Part shown: positions 36,801 through 48,122 of the stretch, piece after piece | How positions within the stretch are numbered: the stretch's first letter is position 1 | Layout: each line of letters begins with the position of its first letter | Source: Amoebophrya sp. A120 | Lineage: Eukaryota; Protista; Dinoflagellata | Length of the DNA stretch: 64,000 bases | Direction: 5' to 3' | Assembly: GCA_905178155.1 (NCBI GenBank) | Contig: CAJINV010000001.1 | Coordinates: 3,611,706 to 3,675,705 of the forward strand | Program-made: the position numbers and the translations under genes | The notes under the pieces: model-generated | What the model saw: the letters and a program-made list of their open reading frames with translations, nothing else | Database searches by the model: none | Told to the model about the DNA's origin: nothing

Positions 36801-39800
36801 TTTTCGACTATGCTAGCCGATTTTCTTGACAAGAACCGAGCGAAAATTGCGCAACTGAAAAGCCTGTATGATCGCATCCAGCTTGCCGTCTGCGAATTTG
36901 CCGACGCTTATGAGCTGGATGTGCTTCACCAAGTCGTCGCCACGATCGGCAAACAGATCGGGGAAAATTTGTCCGCCGGACAGGACACTGCGCAAATGCT
37001 GTCGACGATGACTGCGAAAGTTGAGGAGATGCAGTTTTTGTACCCATTGGCATCGGATTTGAAATTCATCTTCCGTTCCGAGAGAAAGAAGCTGGAGGCG
37101 GAGAAGAAGGAAAGTGTCCGGAAAAAACTGCTGCTCGCGGGTGCGAATGTCCCGCCCGTAGACGAGAAGAAGAAACCGAGCTTTATCTACAAGATGTACA
37201 TGTTGCAGTACCAAGTGGAAGACCTCGGGCAGATGTTGCTCGAAGGGTACAACCAAGACGTGGACCTCGAGCAGATTGAAAAGAAGAAAAACAAACCTTC
37301 CATCCAGGAACGCAAAGGGCCTTTGTTCGAAGACGAGGACGACACCGATTTCAGCACACGGCTGGTGCAAGTGATGAAGCAAAACGGGCACAGCATGCAG
37401 AAGTTGCTCCGACTCAAGCTGGAGTCGTTGAACCAGTACGTTTTACTACTCGACCAGCTGCAGGTGTCGTTTTTCCAGCAAGTGTTGGATGCGTCGACGA
37501 AGGCGATTTTTGCGAAGGATAATGGAAATAACCTGCCGATTGACGAGTTCGGAAAAGACATTTGTTTATCAGAGGAGACCACGAGTGAGAAAAAAGACGC
37601 AGACATGGATGCGGAGATTAAACAACTTGCTGCCAGCGACCAGGATATGAACGGCGTTTCGTGGCAGGGCATGCTGGCGGACATCCAGAAAAATTCTTGC
37701 TGGGCGACGCTTTCCGTGATGCGGCGGACTACGAGCTTGTCGCCGAAGTCGATCCTCAACAACCGCGAGCAGCGCCCGAACGCGGAACTGCGGAAGCTCG
37801 CGGTCCTGTGGAAGGTGACCATGGAAGCGGAAGAAGCGGAGGCGAAAGCGGCCACTGCGGCGACCCCCTGGGGCGGCCTCTCGATCGAAGCGTTCAAAAA
37901 GCACACGGCGGCCTCAGGTACTTCTGGAGTTCGTGTTGTTTTTGTGCGATTGTTAGTTTCATCATCGATCTTGACGTCCAATTTCTTGAATTTGTATTCG
38001 GTACGAGTACTCTACTATGCTGGAACTTGTTTTATTTGTTCGCTCAAATGCTTGCAATGGATTGAACTTCTCGTCCGAAGCCACTACATACAAAAAACAA
38101 CATCATAAACAGTGTCGCGCATGTACCAAGCAGAAACCGGTCTTCGTCCCGAGCAGCAGATGCAGGCCGCGCGGTGGCTCGGGCCGCGGAGGTGGTCCAC
38201 TTCCAAACTGCTGTACGACGAAGCCTTTGTCGCCCGGCGGGTGCTGTCCCACCTAGAACAGCGACGCGGGTACGTCCGGAAGCTGACCGAGCAGGGGGCG
38301 ATGCGATTCCGCGGAAACTCGATGCGCCCCGCCACGGACCTCTGTGACGGCTGGGCAGAATGCCTTGCCCACGCACCCGGAGTCGAGGAGATGTTGCTGA
38401 CGACGCAGCGGAAGCTGGACATGAACTTTGATAACTTCGTTCGCAAGGACCCGGCCATGGCCCGCGTGTGGCCCGCAGTCTGACGTCCGGAGACGCCCTC
38501 CGCAGCGCGTTTGCACGTGTTCGCTTTGTCCACCTTGTTCGGGATCCAGCTTCCCGTGCTGACACCCACGGTCCCCCGCTGGCTGCCGGCTGGAATACTG
38601 CCGGTAAAGAAATACCATGTCGACTTGCAGGAGCGTGCGGATACTTTCTGGGAGCTTTTGGAGAGGCTTGTTTCCTCTACTTTTTCGACGGAATTGCACG
38701 ACATGGAGGGTGTCGAACTGCTCGGCACAATTCTGTCGCAGTATCTGGCCCCCTCCAAGACGCTTGCCAGAAGGCTTCTAGAGGAAGTCATGCTGAAAGC
38801 CTCGAGTGCAATTGTTTCCTCAGATGACGGCGTCGAAAACGCCTTGGAGGTGGAGAGCAGAAGTGCAGCTGGAACCACTACAACTCCTTCGGCGGCTGAA
38901 AATACCACTGGTGGCTCGAAAAAGAAGAACAAAACCGCTGGAAAGAATAAAAAGCAGAAAGAGGACAACATTGAGGCTGCTCGTACTGACACCACTACCC
39001 CCACCCAGCAGGAACAACAAGGAGGAGTGTGGACGCCTTTTTTGCGGTTTTTGAGAAGCGAGAAGATTCGTGATGGCGAAAAGGACGTCTTCTGGGAGAA
39101 TCGAGTCCTAGCGGAGCCCTTGCTGTCAAATTTGTTGGAACGCGACCCTTCCATGCTGGCGCCCGTCGAATTCTACGCGACCGATATGCTTGCGCGCACA
39201 CGGGAAAAAAAGCATTGTCGGGGTGAAGGTGAACAGCAGAAAGATGTTGAAATATCGCAAGAGGAGTTGGAGAAACAGTGCAAGAAGCACCGCGACACGG
39301 ATGACCTCGCGGACGAGCTGATTGCAATGTTTTCCACTGATGATAGTGTGCCTGATAGTACTGCTTCACCCTCGTCCGCAAGATCTGTGTCCTCCAGTAC
39401 CGGCATTTCCATGGCCGCGACCATTTTCTTTGTGCAGGCCCTCGGAAGCTTCCTGCTTCACGTCGCACGCTTTGAGGAGATTCGCAAATCGACAGCCAAG
39501 ATCCAAACGATTTATTCGGACGCTGACCACGCAGCTGCCTGTGTTTTGGCGAAGAAAATTCTCCCCGTGTTACAACAGTTCCTGGCGCCGATCGCGCTGG
39601 TCGCAAGGGCCGCGCGCTTTCAGCTGCACGAGACGGGATTTCTGGAATTCACGCGCCACGCCTTCCCCTGGATGATGGAAACGTGGACCCAGGCCGGGGT
39701 GAACGAGCCGGGCCACGACGTGCTCATGGAATACATTGACGACTCGACGCCAAAAACGGATCTGTATGATCGAAAATACGACGAAATGCTCGCGATCATC

Positions 39801-42311
39801 GGTTCGTTGTTTGACGACAAGGAGCAACTGAAGTTGTTATCTCCAGGTGTCGTTGCGGTGATGGAAGACGAGGAAGTAGAGCAGCCTGCTGCCAGCGACA
39901 CGCTGACCACGCCAGGAGCTGTCATGTCCGCCTTCAATGCAGTCGGAGGTGGTACTTCTTTGTCAAAGAGTAGGAATAAAACTTGTGGTCCTTCTAGTGC
40001 TGCTTCTGCACCACTACCATCGCTGTCCGCCGAAGCCGCTGCGGCGGTGGAACTCGCCACACAACAACAGCGGCCCATTATCACGATTCGCCCGCCGATT
40101 TTTGAAGCGGATGACGACCTGACTGGCAAACGCGCGATCGTGGACAAGTTTGACATTGCGACGGGAATGGAGATCCGGGTTCTGCCGCAGCTGGATGTGC
40201 ATCACATTCCGGCGGAACGCGCAAAGGTTTCAGCCGACGAGAATCAACCAGGTAAGAAAGGCCTTTTTGAGAAGCTCGGGGTTGTGATTGCGCGGAATAG
40301 GGAAAATAACAGGATCCAGAATCACTGCCCGCACGGAGACTGCGAACCAAGCCAGCTTGTCGAGACCGCACATCAAATCCGGAACGACCAGAAGGATAGC
40401 GAAAACTTTGATGCTAAAAGCATCGCGCTGCTGGGGCTCCTCGCAGATTTACCGAAAAACTGCCGACTGTTCGATGACATAAACTGGAAATTCGAAACGG
40501 GAAAAAGTGTAAAAGATGACATGATGCGGCAGATCAAGGCGGAAGCAGCTGCCAGAGCAGGGAAAAGTAGTACCACAAGTTCTACCACATCTCCTGCTTG
40601 CAATAAAACAACGACCGCATCAAGACCGTCAAGTACTTCTAAGGCCGCGTCAACTTCTTCTCTCCTCTCCCCGGCCGCGCCGACAAGTTCCGTGACCAGA
40701 AGAAATGTCGACCTCGTTTCCGGGATGCTGTTACGCACGGAGGTTGTGCAGAGAATCACGGGAGAAAAATTGGACGCAGGGAAGGACCAGGACCAGTCCA
40801 AAAATCCAGACGCGGTCTACTACTACGTGATGCGCTTAGTCGAAACGGATGAGGTGGTCCGGGTCCACGAACAGTACTTGAGTGCTATGGTTCCACCGGA
40901 GAGGACCACTTGTTCTACAACCGACCCGACGATTCCAGAGACAAGAGAAGAGCATGCCTTCGTCGACGAGCTGTCAGCGCAGCTGAGTCCTTTATCTGGA
41001 AGTGCTGTGGACAAGGACGGGGGAGCTGCATCGTCAGATTGTGAGCCCGAAGAGCCAAGCGGGTGGATTACTGCGCCGCCATTCAGCAGCGCTTCCTCGC
41101 CGGCTCTACGTGCAGCGGCAGGAGGACAAACAGGAAAGGCTGAAGAGGATGGGCAATTTCTGGTTTTTATGGACCTGCTGGGCGGAGATGGTAAAAATCA
41201 AAATGCTGTCCAAGGAGAAGCAATAAAGCGAAGAAAATGCAATAGTACAGCGACGTCCAGTTCAAGCTCGTCTTCGTCTGACAGCTCAAGTGCTGCATCC
41301 GAAAGTTGTAGTATGAAAGGCGATATTGGTATAACTTCATCTTCGAGACTTCCTAACAAGTTCGAGACCGTGAAGAGAGCTCTTCCCGCCGATCTGGCCA
41401 ACCAGGTGACCGTGCAGAATGTGAATGGCACCACGGTGATTATGACGCCCAACGGGGTCGGAAGTAACGGGATCAAAGCGTCCGCCATGAATGCCGTCGC
41501 GATGGCACGCTTTGGAGACAGGAATTTGAAGGAAAAGAACCAGGTCGCAGGATCAAAGAAATTGATACTCCTTACCTTCATGGAAGCTCTAATTTACTGG
41601 AAAAGACACGACGGAACTGCCTACGGAGAGCGAGCGGACAGCTATCAAGAGCAATATGTCGACGCTTTCCGTATTCTAATTTTTTACTTTTTTCGATTTC
41701 GTACGTCTTGCTTGCAGCACCAGCCTGTGTAAGTATTCTTGTTTTACAGATGATTCTGATTGATCATTGGCATGGCACATGCACACATAGACATTCACAA
41801 TGTGCACCTGCTCTCCAAACAGGTACCACCTTCGCAAACAACGCAAGCTTGGGTGCGGGTTACAAGGCACTAACGGCGAGTATGTTGTCCGCTGCTGAAG
41901 AGACGGAACGCAAGGAGGGCGAGGAAGCGAGGCAAATTAAAATGCCGGAGCAGCACCAGGAGGTCGTGCAGTGGATGCTCATGGTTGCGTACCACATGTC
42001 ATGGCACACCCTCTCCGCGGATGAATTCAAGTCCACGCTCACCAGCATCGCATTAACGAAAATTGAAGTATAATTTTCAGATGCGTTGCATTTTCGTTCC
42101 GAACGGTGACTATGAAGATGCGCAAAATATAAAGAGGAATCTGTACTACCTGATAACCATAATTAATGACAATAGTTTTAGCTCTTTGACTTTGATATCG
42201 ACGAGAAGTTTTCAAAATCGATGAAAACGAAGATTAGTGATGAAGAAATAGAAATGGAAAGTAGTTTGTCCTTCTACTGCCTCCATGCTGTCGTTGCCTC
42301 AGCTACAGGAG
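30891..42311 (+). CDS. Giant (~3,500 aa) hypothetical protein, spliced, with one in-frame TGA
   Basis: Long ORFs join in frame via GT-AG introns ~33951-34181, 37918-38112, ~41671-41822 and ~42068-42181. TGA at 38481-38483. 3' end unresolved; no domain recognised. Confidence 0.65.
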
Positions 42312-43328
42312 GTATGTATCGATATTTTCCCGTCGGCCAGAATAATGACCAATGTTAAAACGCGATGATGTATACAACTATGAAAGTAGACACAGGTTGG
42401 ACTTTTTTTCTGAATATCAAATTCAAGAGGATTTTTTTTGTTCCAAATAAAAGGAAACTGAAATATTACTTGCTTTATGTTTGTGAGCCATGCTAGTATG
42501 TCGTAACTAGGAGCCAAGCCGGGAACAGCTTGAACGGGGGAGTGCATAAAGAAATATCTTGTAGCCCATGTAAATAAGTACAAAAAAGGTGAGTAAACGC
42601 GTTCCCACCTTGACGCATAACTACAAACAAACAAACAAACGATAAACTTACAAAGATAATCAATCTATAATCTTCGATTACATACTACGCATGGATGATA
42701 GCTTAGGCAGCAACTGCACACAAGGATGTCATCGCATAGAGTTTGACCATAATGAAATACACCGAAACTTTTTATGCCAGTACGGTGTATGAGATGGATG
42801 TTTGAATACGACTTTTTTGTGTATGATGGATTAATATGAGACTTCTTCAATACTTTTGGTTAAATTTTGGAGGCACCTTTTTCGTTCCTGTGCCACTGTA
42901 GCCACATTGAAGGTATGTCAGTCTCTCGTGCCTGATAGAATCGCTGCGGTGCATTGCAGCATTGTCCTATGGAGAGTGGTGCAACATACCAGAGCGCGCT
43001 CGCTTAAGAAATGCAAAACCAAATAACTCTTGCACTCCTTGACGGTTGGAGACATCCAGCTCCACGGTTGTTTTGACGTTTTCAACACATGCGCGAAAAG
43101 AACGGAACTTTTTCTTGTGTGAACGATTTGTGTGATTTTCTGAAATTGTGTTCACATTCATCATCAAAAATCATACGATTAATCACGATTGATGTGTCCG
43201 GGTACTTAGATATGGAAACCGTTTCCTACACCTCCGGGTTTGGTCCACACTGGAGTGAAGACGTGGGTCGTCGGCGCGATTCAAAATGTGAAGAGTGGTA
43301 ATTCATCCTGGCTGCAACGAGGACGACG

Positions 43329-45182
43329 ATGCTTCTACTCGCGCGCTTCGCCAGCATACTCCTGTCTGTCGGGTATCTGGCGTTGCAGACCCTCATTGTT
43401 CCGAATGCGTCGACGTACGGAGGACCCAATGGGCGTTCGAGACCAGCATTACTCCGGCGCCGATTGGAACGGAAAGCCGAGTTGTCCTCATCTTCATCTT
43501 CGTCCTTTTCCGACAAGGAACATACGCCGCCCTTCGTTCCCCGCACGCACCCGGTCGTCGATCCGGTCGGAGAGCTGTGCGTTCTCATTCTGGCGTGCAA
43601 CCGCGCCGAAGAGCTGGCGGCGTCGCTGGCCTCTTGGAGCAAAGTGTTCGGTGTCGCGAGGGTCCGGAAGTTTCTTTCTCTGGACTGCGTGAACAACAGT
43701 ACTGGAGGCGTGGACAGTGTCGCGAGAGAGTGGAAGAGGCACCAGGTCGAGGGTAGAAAAGCCAGAAACCAGGAGCCGGATCACAACGTTTTCTTGCGCG
43801 GGTCCGTGCACCGGGCGGCCAGGGAGAAGTTTTACCCGGAGTTTTCGGGTGAGCGCATAACGCACCACTGGCTATCTGCGTTGAACAACTTGTTTTCGCT
43901 GGAAGAGACGCCCTGCGACCACGTCTTGTACGCGGAGGAGGACCACTTAGTCGCGCCCAGTATCCTCTTTGACGCGCAGCAGCTTCTCACGTTTCAAAAC
44001 CAATTGAACTACTGTCCTATCCCCGGGAAAGAAAAATGTGTCGTAAGAATGCAGATGTTCGAAGATAGAAAAACAAAGAAACCTGCTAAAATTGGTCATG
44101 CTGAAATATTTAATGAGATTACTGTTACTCAGAAGAGTTGCGTGGACGACCGGCGTGCCGAGTAAAAGATTCTGTGAGTTTCACCACCTGCTGTCTCCGC
44201 CACGTTTTTCGTCGCGATACCTCCCGACTGTTTCACCGTGCAGCTTGGCTGCCACCGCGACTGTCGGGGCGGGCGGTCGGAGAAAGAATCCTTGAAGCTG
44301 GGTGTGCTGGAGAGCGGGAACATGGGAGTGATTTACTCGAAACGGTTGTGGCAGGGGCAGTTCATGCAGCCAGAGTCGTTACAAGCGTATTGCAACCGCC
44401 GGGGCGACTGGGACATAAATCTACTTCAACACGGCATCCGAGGGTTCATCGGGCGCTCGTCGCTCACACTGCTCCAGCCACGGATTCAGCACCTGGACAC
44501 GACCCGATCCAGCCGCTTGCGAAAAGACTTCGGGGCGATAGACGAGGAGCGTAGCGGAGAGGAAAAGTTTCATAATGCGGATATTAGTGCTAGTGCTGAT
44601 GGACGACGAATCTCTACTACTACATCAAAGATGTTGCAGCTACCGTCTTATGCAAGCACGATGACGAACCTCCTCCCGCAGTTAGCAGCCATGGAAGAAG
44701 CACTGAAAGCCCACGGCCTGGACATTCGCACGCTCCCGGACCGCGACCTCGTGCGGCAATACGCCAGACAGTATGAGGAAATGCGAGCAAAATCGCCCAA
44801 TTTGTTTCGCGTGCCCAGCTGGTGGGCTCGGGAAATGGGAGAAATTCCCTTGCGAGAAGGAGCGGACCGCGAAGGTGACACAGTTTTGTTGAGAAACCAA
44901 CGCGCGCTCCAAGTAGAGGCTGTGGATGCAAATAAAGCTGCTGCGACGAGCGGAGAGGTTCTTGCATCACCGGTGCACTCAGAGCCGTCACACCTTTCGA
45001 AATTGCTCCCCGCAGAAGTGGAAAACGGTAGAATTATGTCACAGCCAATTTCACGATCAATGGGCAGCACCACCGAAATTCTTGCCATTGCGCCCGAAGG
45101 GACGACCATGACGAGTGCGGCTAGTACCCCTCGATCAGAAACCGACAAAGATCCACTGTTAACGCAAACGAGCCCGGCCTAA
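43329..45182 (+). CDS. MGAT2/GnT-II-like (GT16) N-acetylglucosaminyltransferase, type II membrane
   Basis: N-terminal TM; ACNRAEEL, THHW, YAEEDHLVAP, CP|DCFTVQLG, GNMGV, GDWDINL and PRIQH appear in the order of recalled MGAT2 motifs (HNR, KHHW, EEDH, CPECxxxxLG, HNMG, NWDWTL, PRIFH). Confidence 0.8.
44018..44224 (+). mobile_element. Non-canonical intron / introner-like TIR element in the MGAT2-like gene
   Basis: Starts TATC; GATA then CCTCC at the end (left flank TGTCC). Imperfect TIR: GAAAAATGTGTCGTAAGA versus reverse complement GAAAAACGTGGCGGAGA. Contains in-frame stops; removal gives CPDCFTVQLG. Confidence 0.7.
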
Positions 45183-46036
45183 AAATGCATTAAAAACAAC
45201 TTCAAACTGATTTCAAACATTTTGAAAATCGAAGAAGTCCTGCCTTGATTTTCGGGAAAAGCGGGTCGCAAGGTGGCAGAGGAGTGCTTTTAGCTTCATT
45301 TGGTTCAACATGGGGGATGCATTCTTGCCACTACAAGTGTCTGCTTCTTTGGAGGGCGCGCGGTTCTCTTACTCAAAAAAAGGAAAGACGAAAACCCTTG
45401 CGCTCTTTACAAATCTGTTTCCAGCTTTGCATGTGGCCCGCCGCACTTGTGCGCTGACGACTTGGGCCATTTATAGACGCGCCCCGGCGCCAAGTAGGGC
45501 AAGGCTAGCTACATGGAAGCAGACAAATCAATGATGGGCGCCGCGTTATTAATGCGGTTCATTTTCTCCATGCTTAGCCATGAGGGCGAGCGCCGCTCCG
45601 TCCAGGGTGGCCGAGTAGGCGACAGCACGGCCAAGGCACAGCAGAGGCTTGCTTTCATCTCCTGCGCCATATAAATGCGCGCCAGCTTTTGGCGTGAGGC
45701 GGACCGCCGAGGGAGGAGGGGCAAGTAGTGTCTTGCGAACGTCCAAGCCAGCTCCCCCTGGCTTCTGCGCTTGGTCTTAATGTTGCTGCTGCTGCAAGCG
45801 GAAAGCGCAGTCGGAGAAGCCTAATCTTGCGACCCTCCGCCCCTCCAAAGGCGCAAGAGGCGGCGCGCCTGTTGGCTGCCATTGGGGCGCCGAGCGAGCG
45901 CAGGCGGCGGCGGTTGCTCTTTCTAGCAGCCGAAGACCCGCACTGCGAAAGCAGGCAGTCCAGATCAGTCCGGAGGGGAGACCATGACGAGTGCGGCTAG
46001 TACCCCTCGATCAGAAACCGACAAAGATCCACTGTT
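45104..46036. repeat. Exact 57-bp direct repeat (45104-45160, 45980-46036) flanking an 819-bp insert
   Basis: GACCATGACGAGTGCGGCTAGTACCCCTCGATCAGAAACCGACAAAGATCCACTGTT occurs twice. Confidence 0.95.
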
Positions 46037-47468
46037 GCAGCTTCGCATCGTCATCCCAGTGTCAAACACGCGCGGCACTCTGTGTGCTTTACTGAAACAA
46101 TTGGCTGGTCTAATTCCGGCCAGTGTTTTCCAAGTTGCCATTGATGTCTTTTTCACACGACAGGAAAAAGCCTTCCACGAGTTTGCAACGACGGCGGCCT
46201 CGTCAACCTCGAATGAATCATGCAGGTTTGCAGACGTAGAGAAAGAACAAGCTCGATTTTCTTTGACGAGTACAGCAGCACTCGGCCGCGCTCCAGAAAA
46301 TAGCAACACTTTGCGGGGTCGTCTCCTTGGTATTCGGTTTATCCCGCCCGCGCGCTTTGTGCAATCCACGGATGTCGCGCCGGCCAAGCTGTTGCCCACG
46401 CACGACGCAGCGCCACCGCGGCGCCGGCAGACGCTGCACTTCGTCGACATGCTCAAGTTCGTACACGAGGAGGAGATCATGGCATCGTCGGCCACTCCAA
46501 GTAGAACAGAAACGGCTGTTACTGCGAGAAGTTCTACGCCGACTTCTTTCCATCCCTTCTCCCACTTGATGACGCTTGAGGACGACACGCACGTCTGTCC
46601 CGGCGCGTTCGCCGCGCTTTCGACTTTGTTGACCGCGCGACCGAAGTTCAGCTTTTTCACCCTCGGCTTTGGGGGCAGTGGCGTCGGGTTCTCGAAAGAC
46701 GTTCTCTCCGCGGTGCACGACTATCTCCAGGAAAATTATCGGAACAGCAATTTGGACGTGCTCTTTTTCAAGTTCACGGACGCGCGGCTCGCGTGGATCA
46801 AGCAGCCGGCCGACCCAAATGCACTGCTCCCAAGCCCGAACAGCGTCTGGTCGTGGGAGGACGAACAGGAGATCTCGTACTTTCCGCGGGGGCTCTGTGC
46901 CTACAAGGCCAAGCGTCGCTTGATGATACATGGAGGGGTTCAAAGCAGCAACTTCGGGGACGCGCACGACCCGGCGCGGCCCTGCGGCGAAAGTTTGCAG
47001 TCGCCGCACTTTTGGCTGAATTTTACCGAGGATGGCGATACAGCGGGGCCTCCGCAACTTGGCAGCATGGAGTGGCTCCAGGCACGATGGAGTACTTTCT
47101 CGGAAGCCGAAAAGCGGGCAGCGCGAAAAGCGGGGTCTGCCTTCCGGGAGACGGAGGAAAGAAAAGCCCGAAAACTGGCCCGCGACCCGGGAACGCAGGC
47201 CGTACGTTTGTTGCGGACGCAGTGGTGGCGGCGGTGTTCTATCCAGCGGAGCTACATCGAGTCCGAGGATTTCAAGGCCACTTACGCAGGCGTTCAGGAA
47301 TCCCACGCCGTCGCGCTTTTGCGCCAAGACAAAAAAGCGAACTTCACGTACGCAAGAGATTTAAGGGTGCCAGCTTCTGTGGCCCACGGCGCTGAGGAAA
47401 CTATGTACGATAAGTGCCTGCGACTAGCAGGGGCAAAGCATCAAGATGACGGCGTTCTTTCCGTTTGA
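45984..47468 (+). CDS. MGAT4/GnT-IV-like (GT54) glycosyltransferase domain lacking its own membrane anchor
   Basis: RRQTLHFVDML, LMTLEDD, LGFGGSGVGF, NLDVL and LMIHGGVQSS resemble GT54 motifs (KQNLD, QLEDD, LGFIG, PIDWL, FQHVGxHSS). Confidence 0.6.
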   Translation: MTSAASTPRSETDKDPLLQLRIVIPVSNTRGTLCALLKQLAGLIPASVFQVAIDVFFTRQEKAFHEFATTAASSTSNESCRFADVEKEQARFSLTSTAALGRAPENSNTLRGRLLGIRFIPPARFVQSTDVAPAKLLPTHDAAPPRRRQTLHFVDMLKFVHEEEIMASSATPSRTETAVTARSSTPTSFHPFSHLMTLEDDTHVCPGAFAALSTLLTARPKFSFFTLGFGGSGVGFSKDVLSAVHDYLQENYRNSNLDVLFFKFTDARLAWIKQPADPNALLPSPNSVWSWEDEQEISYFPRGLCAYKAKRRLMIHGGVQSSNFGDAHDPARPCGESLQSPHFWLNFTEDGDTAGPPQLGSMEWLQARWSTFSEAEKRAARKAGSAFRETEERKARKLARDPGTQAVRLLRTQWWRRCSIQRSYIESEDFKATYAGVQESHAVALLRQDKKANFTYARDLRVPASVAHGAEETMYDKCLRLAGAKHQDDGVLSV

Positions 47469-48122
47469 AAAAATAAAGGGAGGAAAGCCAAAGGCGCATC
47501 TTGGGCGATTGAGAATCTTGGGACATGAGGCAGGTGACGAAGTAGATGCAATGTCGTGCGACGGAGCAGACCCGGTGGTTGGAACGGCTCGCGACGCTGT
47601 GGTGTAGTGTCTGTCTTACGGTCGGCAGTGGGCTGCTGGGATCAAAGGAATAAACCGCAAAGATTCATCGCAGGAGGCGGTCGCAAGGAGAAAATATTTC
47701 AGTATGAAACAAAAGTTGCTCCTGCAATTGTTGTTCTTCTGTTGCTGTGACAGCACGTACTTAGGATGGCTATGCGCCGACGCCGACGGCAAACAGCGTC
47801 GCGCACGAAAACAGCAACGTGCAATTGCAAAGATTCAAAAAAAATAAAATGCGCAACTCCATCTGCACGTCGCAAGCCTGCTGCACCACGGGCCGCTTGC
47901 ACTGCTTTTGAGTTGTTCCGGCATCTCAACATGATTTTTTTTTTTTTCGTCTTTTCATTCATTTCTGGAAGCTGCTCGTAAGGGCTGCAAGTGCAAAGCG
48001 AAAGCAATAAAACCATTCGCGCATGATACAACTTTTCAACATACGAGTACAACATTAACATCTCTTCCTTTAGTCCATGGAACAACACCAAACGGCCAAG
48101 CCGAAATCTCAGAGGGAAAAAC

